Positions 25,848-36,800 of a stretch of DNA of 64,000 bases are shown here, in pieces. Position numbers and translations under genes: made by a program. Location: positions 189,129 through 253,128 of the forward strand of contig NMRA01000168.1 in assembly GCA_002633005.1 (NCBI GenBank), read 5' to 3'. The number at the start of each line of letters is the position of its first letter. The first letter of the stretch is position 1. The stretch is from Phoronis australis. Lineage: Eukaryota > Animalia > Phoronida. The notes under the pieces were generated by a model. It was not told where the DNA came from. It did not search any database and saw only the letters and a list, made by a program, of their open reading frames with translations.

Positions 25848-27102
25848 CTAATGTTAAATGGAATCAGGGAAAACAGAGGGTTATCAGGGAAAATCGACAA
25901 ATTTTTGTTTTTGAGTGACTGAAGTTTTCAAAGACTTGCTACTAGACCGTGAAGTGATGAGGTCATGAATTATGTAGTTGAATCCATGAAATCTTATGCA
26001 ATGACTTTGACAAACCCAGTCCTAGTGTACATAGTTGCATTTTCTTTTCCAGTAAAATTTTTGTAAAATTAAAACATTACAAAAGCGAATTCACATCTTT
26101 CAGTCATTCTTCAGTTACAAATTAAAGCTGCGTTTTGTCATGTTTATCTTGCTAAAAACAAAATCAAAATAACCCTTTTCATAGGTACCATTTTCCTGGA
26201 GTGTAAAAATCAAGAAATTTCCACTATCACAATCTAATCTAGAATCACACTTGATTAAACTTGTCCAGCAAGTCTTTTGTGTAGGTACACAATACTGTGG
26301 TTACTGAAGCTGGTCAGAGTTTACAGTCACACAAAGGAATCAACAGGTGAAAGTTAAGACTAATTTCTCTGAAAGTCAACCACTCCAAGTTTTTTGTTGA
26401 AAATATTTCATACAAAACTCATCTGCTTCACGACATTTGTTGAAAGATGTTTGCCATTTTCAAATATTAGTTAGTGTCAGGTCCCCTGTTTACAACATAA
26501 TTGCTGGATTACCAGAGCTTGTCAAATGGAAAGCAGACAATAAGAGATGTGGACTATGTAAACATTGGTTTGCCACCCTCAAACTGATAACAACACCCAC
26601 TGTATCCCAACTGGCCCATCAGTCAATGGGGATACTCATACCACTGCACGGGTGACTTTCATAAAATCAGTATCGTAACATTCTTTATCATGATGAAATT
26701 CTTTTTCTGTAACCAACCCAAAGTCGCAGGAGATGTGTAGTCATGTGCCATTTTCAAATTCGCAGCTCTAGCGTGTTCAAATTATGCATGCACGGATAGC
26801 CTGCGACTTGAGTTGGTAACAGAAATATAATTTTATCATGGTAAGATATGTTAGGAGATTGATCTCATGAGAGTAGAACAAATTTATTTCCATTTCTTAC
26901 TCAGCTAAACAGGGTGAAATGCAGCTTAAAGACTTCTGTGCCAACAGCCAGTTTACGTAGAAACAGAAAAAATGAGTAAGAGCTTGCACATTGCACAATA
27001 CCAAATACTCCATGGCATTGAGATGCAGTACACATACAGTCAAAACGCTACATCCAAAAATATCTTCAGTACTTTGTACCAAAAGTTTTAAGTCTATTTT
27101 AC

Positions 27103-27301
27103 CTAAAAACTTAGCACACATAGAGGCAGTAGTCATCTTTTCATCAGAAACACTATACTGCAGATAGCACATATCAAGCCTCTCCTTGCTAGTTTTATTC
27201 ACCATAGACTCCGCCTCTCTGATGGCATCTTGAATACCGCTCCTGTAATACCTTTGCCTGGGCTGTCGGGTCAACGGACAGAATTTCTTCGACTTCTTTT
27301 T
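27103..27301 (-). CDS. ZCWPW2-like exon (PWWP C-terminal helices)
   Basis: YYRSGIQDAIREAESMVNKTSKERLDMC; atacag/gtaaaa. Confidence 0.82.
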
Positions 27302-27329
27302 CTGTATAACAAAAATATGAAATTTAATC

Positions 27330-27429
27330 AATGCCCACATGAAGGTGTAGGGTAAAATATATTGCAGTTTTATCTTAAAATCGTAATGCCCACATGAAGG
27401 TGTAGGGTATAATATACTGCAGTTTTATC
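27330..27429. repeat. ~55-bp tandem duplication x2
   Basis: aatgcccacatgaaggtgtagggta..atata.tgcagttttatc twice. Confidence 0.9.
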
Positions 27430-27685
27430 GTAGTCGTTTAGCGTATATCAAAAATTAATAGTGACAGTAGAATCCTCCTAGGGACATTTAAAAATGTTAT
27501 AAAGCAACCTTTGACCCAGGAAAATTTGGTTAAAACCAAGGTAGTCATAGCATAAATAAAAAGATTCACATGTAGGACTACAAAGCAAACAATTCAAACT
27601 TTCAGAATTCTCAAATCGGGTTCAACAAAATAAGGAGGGTGGATTCATTGGAAATCAACAAAAAATACGTAAAGAAAAAACTTAC

Positions 27686-27887
27686 CCTTCCACCAACTTT
27701 GCCTTTGTTTGACATGCAGTTGTCTTGTCCTTTTTGATGACTAAAAACGTTAAGACAATGGGTTTGCACCCAGCCACGTGAGTGGGGGTGGCCCAGATAT
27801 TCCACATGATACCACACGGGGTCTCCATCATCATCAAAATCAACATACATGCCCCCTATAATATCTTGAGTAATGACTGCGGGCCAC
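27686..27887 (-). CDS. ZCWPW2: ZCWPW2-like exon (PWWP)
   Basis: WPAVITQD...YVDFDDDGDPVWYHVEYLGHPHSRGWV resembles recalled ZCWPW2 YHIEFLGDPHSRSW; ctag/gtaagt. Confidence 0.88.
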
Positions 27888-28439
27888 CTAGAGACAAGAT
27901 TGCTATGATTAGGATACTAATATTTCTCTAATGACCATTTTGTGGCTTCTAAAGTTGCTTAAAGTTGGTTTGGTTTGACACATTCCTTTCAGGTTCATCA
28001 ACAAAATTTTATGAATCTGGCACATACTCAACTCCAAAATTCATATTCCTGTAAGTCTGACACAAACACATGTAAGCCTTATTGTTTTAAAAAAACACTT
28101 TAGTGTCATCAAGCTGACCTATTCTGCTGATGAGGTCAACTTTAATTTTCACTGGATATTACCTGAACAAGATGTTCGCAAACTAAAATAACCAAAAATT
28201 CTTCTTTAGTGAATACCTCAATCATAAATATATACAAATTTAAAATACTTGTTTTACTTTTCATTTTTTAATTTCACCAAAGGTCTATGTAAGTTCTGTA
28301 TGCATGCATGATTGCACTGATACTGATACTGATAGACAACGACAGTAATGGCAGTAATATAAAAGGTGAAATAAGTAGGATTAATACCCATGATACAAGT
28401 GGTGCATGTAGACTATTAATGTTTAACTAAGTAGCAGGA

Positions 28440-29075
28440 TCAGAAGCAATGGCAGCAACAACAACAGCTGCAGTAACAATAGCAGTATCAGAATCAGTAA
28501 TATTTGAAGCATTAGTATCAGTACTGTTGCAGTAGCAATATCAAAAGTAGTTGCAGTGCCAGCAGCAGTGACGATATCAGTATCAGTAATAATTACAGCA
28601 TAATGGTTGTAGTACCAACAGCAGTGACAACATCAGTATCAGTAATAGTTGCAGTATGATGGTTGTAATGCCGGCAGCAGTGACAATATCGGTATCAGTA
28701 ATAATTGCAGTATAATGGTTGCAGAACCAGCAGCACTGACAACATCAGTATCAGTAATACCGTAATTACTGTACAATGGTTGCAGTGCCAGCAGTGACAA
28801 TATCATTAGCAGTAATAGTTGCAGTATAACAGTTCCAGTTCCAGCAGCAGTGACAATATCAGTATCAGTATCAGTAATAATTACAGTATAATGGTTGCAG
28901 TGCCATTAGCAATGGCAGCATCAGTATCAGTAATAGTTGCAGTACAATGGTTGCAGTGCCAGCAGCAGTGGCAATATCAGTATTAGTGATAGCTGTAGTG
29001 TCAGCAGTCACAGCAACAGTTGCAGTTTCAGTTGAAGCTGATGCAACAGCAGTAGCTGTGGCAATTACAATAGTG
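28440..29075. repeat. Triplet-derived ~57-bp minisatellite in a ZCWPW2-like intron
   Basis: gcagcagtgacaatatcagtatcagtaataattgcagtataatggttgcagtgcca-like unit, about 8 copies with degenerate flanks. Confidence 0.9.
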
Positions 29076-29172
29076 ACAATTCTGCAAACTGAAGGGTCAT
29101 AGAAAGAGTGGGGGGGGTGAAAGTGTGGTTATTTTTTAATTTTTGTGCCGGCGTTAGAAAATTTGAACTTGC

Positions 29173-29307
29173 CTGCAATAGCCAGTAATTTTGGCCCAGA
29201 CCAGCAGCCCAAGTTCCCATGTTGAATGTACGTATGTCAAACCTTGTTGTTTAGCCAACCGCCTCCACTTATCAAAGTCTTCCTGCCCTATGCTACACGA
29301 ATTGAAC
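29173..29307 (-). CDS. ZCWPW2: ZCWPW2-like exon (end of zf-CW, start of PWWP); GC donor
   Basis: FNSCSIGQEDF...LGLLVWAKITGYCR; tttcag acceptor; donor AG|gcaagt. Confidence 0.88.
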
Positions 29308-30460
29308 CTGAAATTGGTAGCGAGTGTAGTAATTCCATTTTAATGTGATTTCTATAACAATGATGGCAAGATTATTTAGTTATAGCCAGTTACTCCAAAA
29401 GCCTTTTAAAAATCCAATCACGGTTGTACTGTCTATTGAACCAGTCTATTGCAGATAGAGCTCACTAAACTAATGAAGTGGAAAAAAACAATCATCAGTG
29501 AGCAAGTCAAAGTCTTTGAGATGCCGTGATTGTTGTGATTTCAAAAAAGTACTTCATGGATTTTTAAAAGACGATGACCCAACTGTGTTCATTTTTATTG
29601 CTGAAAAAGATTGTGTGGGTTATTTTCAAGATAATTTGGTTTAAAGCTTTGAAATTAGAATGTCACAACATCAAAAGCCATAGGCTTCAATCCCTAATGT
29701 GCCCAAGACTGATTTATTGTTAGAGTTGGTGAAGCTTGATTAAACCTGATCTTATCTAGTCGTAAGCAGTGGTAAACAACTCGGGCCTAATTTAAAAAAT
29801 CTTTAAGCCATTCTTTAAATAACCTAAAAATGTTTTTCAGCATGAGCTGTGGGGGTAAAAATGCATGGAATTCTATAGAAATGTATGCAAAAATTGTTTT
29901 TGAAGAATTTTACAAATGATTGCATGACACGTGGTAAACCTCTGACAAAATCACACTGTGCAGAAACTGAGTTCAAACTCTATTCAACTCAAGCATACAA
30001 AAATACTTAGTTTGTATAGCAATTTTCTGTGATGAAGTATGTTCCCAACGGCATTTTTTCCATAAATGTCGTAAGACACCAAAAACAAAAAATGCATAAC
30101 AAACAGGTAGTTATGAATTCCATGAGGACTCAACAAATATAATACTTTATCGAACTTAAAGAGGAATAACTCAAGGACTTCGACATCATGACGAACTGCA
30201 TAGTAAATGAGGCAACGGACATTCAAAGCAATCCTACTTGAAAAGCTCTCATAAGCAAAAACATGGGTACTTGACTACACTTCAAAACTGAAAGAAACCC
30301 AAGTCCACATCAATTTATCCATCATTGACAAAAGCATTATTATTAAATTGTAAAAAAGAAATGTTCCGCATCACCGACAACCCAGCATGCATAAAACCAT
30401 ACAAAACCTTAACAGTGTACTTGAATTTAGAGGCATCGGTAATCCATTGGTGAAGAATAC

Positions 30461-30588
30461 CTTGCATCATCATTCATTTTGCAGAACCATTTTCTTTCCT
30501 TTGGAATGCGTTGGGCTTTTTCTGATGCTATTCTCCTCCACTTCAAACATTTAGGATTATCACACTGAATCCATGTGTCCTTTTCAGG
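30461..30588 (-). CDS. ZCWPW2: ZCWPW2-like exon (zf-CW)
   Basis: TWIQCDNPKCLKWRRI...KWFCKMNDDAR, CW-type zinc finger; gacag/gtattc. Confidence 0.92.
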
Positions 30589-30865
30589 CTGTCGGTAATA
30601 AATGAGTAGATGATGTCATTAATTAAATATTCAAGTCATAATCAAAACTTAAGAAAATGAAATCTGTACTTTTTAAAAGTTAAATTTAAAAATTGTAAAA
30701 TGTACTACATTAAATTATCATCACGCAATGTCACTTGCAAATTGCTTTCAAACAATATTATGAACCAAAATATAATGGAATTACAAACTTCGATGAAAAA
30801 AAAAATGGAATATGTCCTTTTTTATTTTTAACATGTAATAAATTAAATCATTATAGCATACTAAC

Positions 30866-30895
30866 CACCATGTGCATATCCTTCTTTGACTCCAT
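30866..30895 (-). CDS. ZCWPW2: ZCWPW2-like first coding exon (exon 30866-30913)
   Basis: tttgtag acceptor, good Kozak ggcaaaATGG, MESKKDMHMV, donor gttagt, phase 0 into the CW exon. Confidence 0.7.
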
Positions 30896-31136
30896 TTTGC
30901 CTTTTAGGTTAGACTACAAATACGAAAGCTTGGCTAAATGAAGATTTCTCTTGAAATGAAATAATACAATGAAGTTAGAATAAAGCCTAACGGATACAGG
31001 TATAGTCGGGTACATTTATACAGAATGAAGCTATTATTAATGTGTTTTTAATGTTATGTGACCATAGGAAATGTCGATAATTGGCTAAATTTGAAGCATC
31101 ACATCTCAGACATAGCTGACTTTCGAAATAGCTGCG

Positions 31137-31625
31137 CCATGTTGAAATTCACTATTCCGCCAGACAGCGATCAGGTCTTTAAGTGTAGTCACAGGTATTC
31201 AGTGCCACCTACAGATTCAATGTAATGCGGACATTAGGTTTCAACTGACTGGTATAAACCAGCATTTTAACACCTTTTGTGCTATTATAATGCTGGCAGA
31301 TTTCCATTGCTGTGCGATGGGGTGTACTAATGTCAGTGGATGAACAAGGACATCGTGTTCCATACATTTCCCACAGCAAAGAAGAATCTGCGACAAAGTC
31401 AGTGGCTGCAGCTTATAAGGTGGGAGAATTTCGATACCAGCCGGTGTCAAAAAGCTAAAATAAATTACTGAACTTAACAATGGAAGGGGCTGACAGTAGA
31501 ATTTATTCCTCTGCTTTTAAATTAATGGATCACTATGTAGTAATTGAATTTATCTCCACCAAATCTGAGTCAGGATAAATTGGAAGTCACTTCTCACTGT
31601 ACTCTCATTACCCTAGAGAGTACCA
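31137..31625 (+). repeat. Dispersed repeat family, copy A
   Basis: Colinear similarity to 62119-62638 (direct) and 18840-19115 (inverted), e.g. tgctattataatgc...atttcca(t/c)tgctgtgcg...gaacaaggacatc. Confidence 0.8.
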
Positions 31626-32047
31626 ATATGAAGAGACCCCTATTGAAACTTTCATATACTGTGCTCAATGCAATGCTCTCGAAATTGCTTCAGGGATGTT
31701 TCAAACTGGTTCACTTTTGCATGAGGGGCTATCAAAAATAGGACTTTAAAGATTTATACAAAAGCTCGAAAAATAAAGCAAATCTGAAACTGTAATTCAG
31801 AAAAATATAAAAGCGTTTTTGAGATTTCACCTTGGACACTCAAGTATGGTTTCATTTGCATGTTGAAAAGTTTCCAAAACCGTACTGTTTTGGCTCAAAG
31901 ACAGTATTATTTGGGTACGCCTATAATACCCATTAATATTCTGTTAAAGCGGCTGTAAAACCTGCCTTTCCATCATTATTGTCTATAATCTATGTATAGC
32001 TGAGCTGACCACCTGTTTAGACGGTGGTACTATCTGCCTAGTACGTG

Positions 32048-32318
32048 GTGCTGTTGCAGCCCCAACTGATGCCTGCGCCAAACTGATGCCTGCGCCAAAC
32101 TGATGGAGTGATGCCTGCGCCAAACTGATTTGGGAACTTCAATTTGGCGCGGCTTGGTGACCCAAACTTGATGACAATGAGTGCTCGCGTACGCAGGTCA
32201 TAGGCTTATGGATTAATCACATAGGTGAAGTGTCCTGGGAAACTGAAGTGTGCAGAATTGAATCAGTTTGGCGCAGGCATCCAAAGACTAATGCCGTTTG
32301 AACGGTTTGGGCAGCAAC
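32048..32318. mobile_element. Small MITE-like element with subterminal 17-bp repeats
   Basis: tgatgcctgcgccaaac x3 at 32067-32125, inverted copy near 32263-32281; imperfect terminal IR tgttgcagcccc / gggcagcaaca. Confidence 0.5.
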
Positions 32319-32399
32319 ACTGCCAGGAATGTCACAAAGATGGAACAAAATTGCCAAATCAGGAAGAATCGAACTGTACTATACGATCCTAGCTCGAAA

Positions 32400-32861
32400 A
32401 CCTCGTCAGAATATCGAAGTTAAGAAGTTGCATTTGCCGAACACACCCCCAGAGTCACTCTTCTTTCACGAAGTCTAAAGCAGCAGAGATGAGCGAAAGA
32501 GAACGCGAGCAGACGACGTTTTATGGAGTACCCTTAATGTCAGTCACGTGACGTGCTTCGTTTACCTCATTTTGTCTTACATTCAAAAACAAATTTAAAA
32601 CGATCTATGTAAATTTATCAAGTCACTACATTGTATATAATTGATTAATAAACTACCAACTTACATCCAAAGGGATGTAAATGTTCAAATTTGACTTTTT
32701 AGTGGTTATTACTTCTAGGGTTTGAGAGTAGATGTAGCACATTTGTTTCTGAAGTGAATGCAGTTGGTTGTTGTTTTACTTCGATTGCCCAGGTCAAGTG
32801 TTGATTTCGACTTCACGGTTGGGAGTACGTAAATTATATTAACCTGTGGACATCATCAATG
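32400..32861. promoter_or_regulatory. Candidate bidirectional promoter / non-coding first exons (ZCWPW2-like on -, TMEM98 on +)
   Basis: CpG-richer patch; palindrome GTCACGTGAC at 32543-32552; + donor G|gtaagt at 32862; minus-strand gtaagt at 32659-32664; both genes' ATG exons have upstream acceptors, so 5' exons are required. Confidence 0.45.
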
Positions 32862-32984
32862 GTAAGTAGTGGTAAACCAAAATATACTCACAGTGTCAAT
32901 GTTATGTTTTGACTTTTATCCAGACCATATTCTAGTGACGACGTGAATTCTGTGGCCGTGCAGTTTATGAAGCAGTGCTTCTGA

Positions 32985-33098
32985 CACTGGTCGGATATAG
33001 CTGTCCATTAGAGAACCAGTTTCATTCACTGAATAAGAGGCCCTTTATTCAGTGATTGCCTGGTTCTCTAAATCAGCAACCGCTATATCTGGCCAGTG
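32985..33098. repeat. Imperfect palindrome / hairpin MITE
   Basis: cactggtcggatatagc..tagagaaccag..tcactgaataa-gagggccct-ttattcagtga..ctggttctcta..gctatatctggccagtg. Confidence 0.7.
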
Positions 33099-33221
33099 CC
33101 GTGCTTCGCACATGTGTTGGTCTCAGTTTGCTGTTTTTGAGAACGGGGTTTTGAAGACATTTGAAAAGTGCTGTTTTGCAGTTGTTTTAAAACATACCTG
33201 GATTGTATCTTAATTATCCTC

Positions 33222-33809
33222 CGTAGTAATAGCAGAAATTACTCTACCTGGGAATCGAACCAGCGACCCTGAAATAACCGCGAGCTTGCTAACCATTTGA
33301 CTAATACTACTCATACTAGGCAATGACGGTCCGTTACCAAGTGGCTAGCAGAGGCTCATATGATTCACCTGAAGCACGTTTCACAACATTCCCCCCTTTG
33401 CTATGAGCAAGCATACTACCTGGCAGGTGAACACAAGATTCTACTCTTGGAAGGTCACGAGATTCTACTCCTGGACTTTAACCGTACCAGTATAGCTACT
33501 TGGCAGATGAACCCCAAGATTGTAGATGAACCCCAAGATTGTCTCACATTAACTAAGGTCCTCGACTCTCAGTCTAGGATCACCACCAAGTGTGGTTCCT
33601 CAGGTCCGAGGGTTGGTGTAGTGCTTCATCAGTATATCATTCGTTTGCCGACTATGCCAGTTGTAGTAATACATTACCCTACCTGGGAATCGAACCAGCG
33701 ACCCTGATAAAACTGGCGAGCATGCTATCCATTCAGCCAATAGGTAATTGTCTGTTACTGAATGGCTAACAGAGGCTCATATGATTCACCGGAAGCACAT
33801 TTCACAACA
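33222..33809 (-). mobile_element. TRIM (miniature non-autonomous LTR retrotransposon) with tRNA-like sequence in both LTRs
   Basis: Direct repeats 33222-33388 and 33662-33809 with (T/C)GTAGT...ACAACA ends; minus-strand PBS TGGCATAGTCGGCA (33646-33659) 2 nt after the 5' LTR; PPT AGCAAAGGGGGGAA (33389-33402) abutting the 3' LTR; A and B boxes in each LTR. Confidence 0.85.
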
Positions 33810-36800
33810 CTATTCAGTTAACGTTTTTCTTCACAAGAATTTGTAATCCCAAAATAAAGAAATCTGTCATTAAAAAGACACTTGCAAAAACACGACTCCT
33901 TCGTTTGTTTCCACTTCTGCCAGAATAAGATCTGGAAGTTTGCTCTCATTTCTGAATGGCATTCAAGCAAAAATTTGGTCAATAGGTTAAATTTTGACTT
34001 TCTTTCTCAAATCACGACACCAACTTACGGCAGAGTTACTCAATGATAAAATGGCGTCAAGAATAAGGCGTCTGGAAAATGTTGACATTTCCCCATATAC
34101 TGCGTGCAGACTTCTTTCATTGAATGACTTTTTCTGTGTTTTTTATCACACTGTACTGTATTCTGGTTCATTGAGGCCTTGTAGTTGCCACAAAATGTTG
34201 GCAAACTTGTGTTCCAAGGTTGACTTATGCCTAGTACCTTGTCAAGCATGTCTGTGAATACTTATTATGGGTTATGTTTCTAGTTGACTGCAGTGCATTA
34301 TGGGAGATAAAGTCAGTGGAGTAGAGTCCACTGGCTCTGGCATCCATGTAGTCAGTGTAGCCAATCACCTAGCTGTAGGTAGATGAGCATCAAAATACAG
34401 CTGGGGAAGTATGGGTATAAAAATTATGTAGTCCTTGAAATTTCACACTATGCAGGTGGTTCTGCCTGTCACCTGATCAGGAAACTGTAATGACAACATC
34501 AACGTGTAGAGCTGACAGCCAAACGGGGTCGGGGCTCGACATTATCGGCTGCCTGATTGTTTGGGCCAACTGAAATTAGGTGCAGAAAAGTTGAATTTCT
34601 AAGTGGTTGTCCAAAAGAACAACCTAAAATTACTCATTGCCATGTGTTGTCAGGATCTGGGGATTCCTCAATGGATTGCTGTGAGAGGACTGTCAACACA
34701 GGCTTCAGTTTAAATCTGATCTTAAATGTATGCATGCACAATATACTTTCTATAAGGCAACAGAAAAGACTTCCAATGAGTAAGTTGCATGCAAGTTGTT
34801 GGCGATGACTCCATGACTTCAGCCAGATGTTGGGACTTTAGTCAGATCTATGCAGTAATTAAGTACCAAGCTCAGTTTAGGAGGGCTTCATCTCTCGTCT
34901 GCAGGGTCTGGCCGCTGGTTGATTGCTTGAAGACTAGTTGACTGGAGTGCATGTTTTGTTAGCAATAAGTGCCGTAAATGTTTGACGTTTTCAAATCGGC
35001 ATTGAATAAAAAAACTGACTCCGTTCAATAGGACCGTCTCGGATTACACAGCGACGCTCAAATCTCACTGTAGTTACGCACAGTGTCGTAAACATCTGTC
35101 AGGCTCATTTGCTGCCTTGTTTTCATCCCACTGGAGTTTCACATGTTATTTGTTGTTGTCTGATTCTTTACAAGATTTTCTCGGTTGCATTACTTTGTTT
35201 GTCCTTCCAATGCCAACGAAGTATGACTGCTGTACTGTGGGCTGCAACTCCCGACGTGTGAAAAGTTTGATAAACTGGACAAATACCGGTGGATGAGTGA
35301 TCTGCAATTCTTCACCTTTCCGACATCAATGAGAGACATGAAAGTGTGCCTGATTTCCAAAACTAGGTCACGCGCTTTCTTATCTCTGGAACAAAGGAGA
35401 GTTCTATCGCCGCATAATCTGGGACGGCCCTACTTTCACTTATTGTTAGCAAGCTATTCTGTAATCCCACCATTTGTGTTTACTGATATTTTATTGTATA
35501 AAGGTCTTTTTCTCACGAGGCAACCTTCTATTTTTTAAATGTGTTGTAAGATTAACCGTCTTACCTCTGTATGGCGCCTATTTTCTATTGGCTTAAATAT
35601 CAAGTTCAGGTAGGTGTTTCTGGTCTTCAACAGACCGTGCCCTACGATCCGTTCTTTACAACTGAAAATCCAAACTTGTCTTAATATACAAAAGCCTAAA
35701 AATGTGTCATAAGTGTGCACCCCCTAATTTTTGCCCATTATCCACCTGAGTGCCCTCCCTTTACTTTTGAAATTTGTCAATTAAGCACCCACTGCTTGGA
35801 TTAGCGCCCACCAATAATTTGCTTCACAGAATTGAATTTCAAAACAGGAAGGAAATTTCTTGAAGGAACACTTCAAATGCGGAAACCGTGCTTGTGTTCC
35901 GTAGCCAAGGAAGCTAGTGTGATCATGTGCTTCAGCTGTGATACTTGGTGATATTTCGGAAAGTCTTTTCTAATCTTATGTTTTCATGAGCGTCTTGCGT
36001 CTACGAAACGCATGCCCAATCAATTCCGGGAGTTACGGTTGTTGCCAGTGGTCGTCAGGGTTATTTAAAAACAACCTTGTTAAAATTGACAGACTAAATT
36101 CAACCAGTCTCTCACACAGGTCGTTGTTAGCTACCCGGAATACATGTGAGGGTTAGAGTGCGCCGACTCAGTTTTCGCATAACCTGTCCTTGAAGCAAAT
36201 CCTTTGAACGCCAGACCTGTGGACTTCAATTTCAAAGGTCGTGTGTGGTCAGGGCGAAGGTCTCGCTCTGGTTAAGCACCCATGTACCAGTTAGCGAAAT
36301 GAAAATGAAAATTTAAGCGCATGATTTACAGGTGTCCCAATTTAAGCTCACAGAGCATTAAATCAAATTTCTAACTGTATCTAACATTAGCAAAGGATGG
36401 CTTTTTGGCAATTATTGAGTCATGGATGACATTGAATAATGGCGATGCCGTTTTCCAAACTGGTCGCTATTTTTAAACTTGATGCTGGCCACTCAAATGT
36501 GTCACAAGGGCTGCCAATCAGGTCGTAGGGACATGTTAAAACAGGCTGTGGAAACGCTGCTTTATGCGCATGTTTATTGCTCAGATGACATGGTTAAAAT
36601 AATTTTTTCCTGATGCGTTGGCAAGCAAATATAATGACTCATTAGTTCAGGCAAGGCGTACCAGGTCAGAGAGACTATGAACCAAGAAGCCAACTTAGTG
36701 GTATTGAAGTTTGAAACAAAAGTGGATGAGTCTGCATGCTCGTATGCATGAATGCGTTGCATTTAGGCTTAAGCATTCTACAACATTTGTATTGAAACTG

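Noticed and set aside
28440-29075. Repeat array as CRISPR-like or coding repeat
   Set aside because: Eukaryotic intron; units are contiguous degenerate copies with no unique spacers.
33360-33707. 115-aa ORF inside the TRIM
   Set aside because: Antisense to the element's PBS/PPT orientation, built partly from tandem duplications, and with no gag/pol motifs.
33676-33746. Functional tRNA gene
   Set aside because: A and B boxes are present but there is no convincing anticodon arm, and it is embedded in duplicated LTRs.
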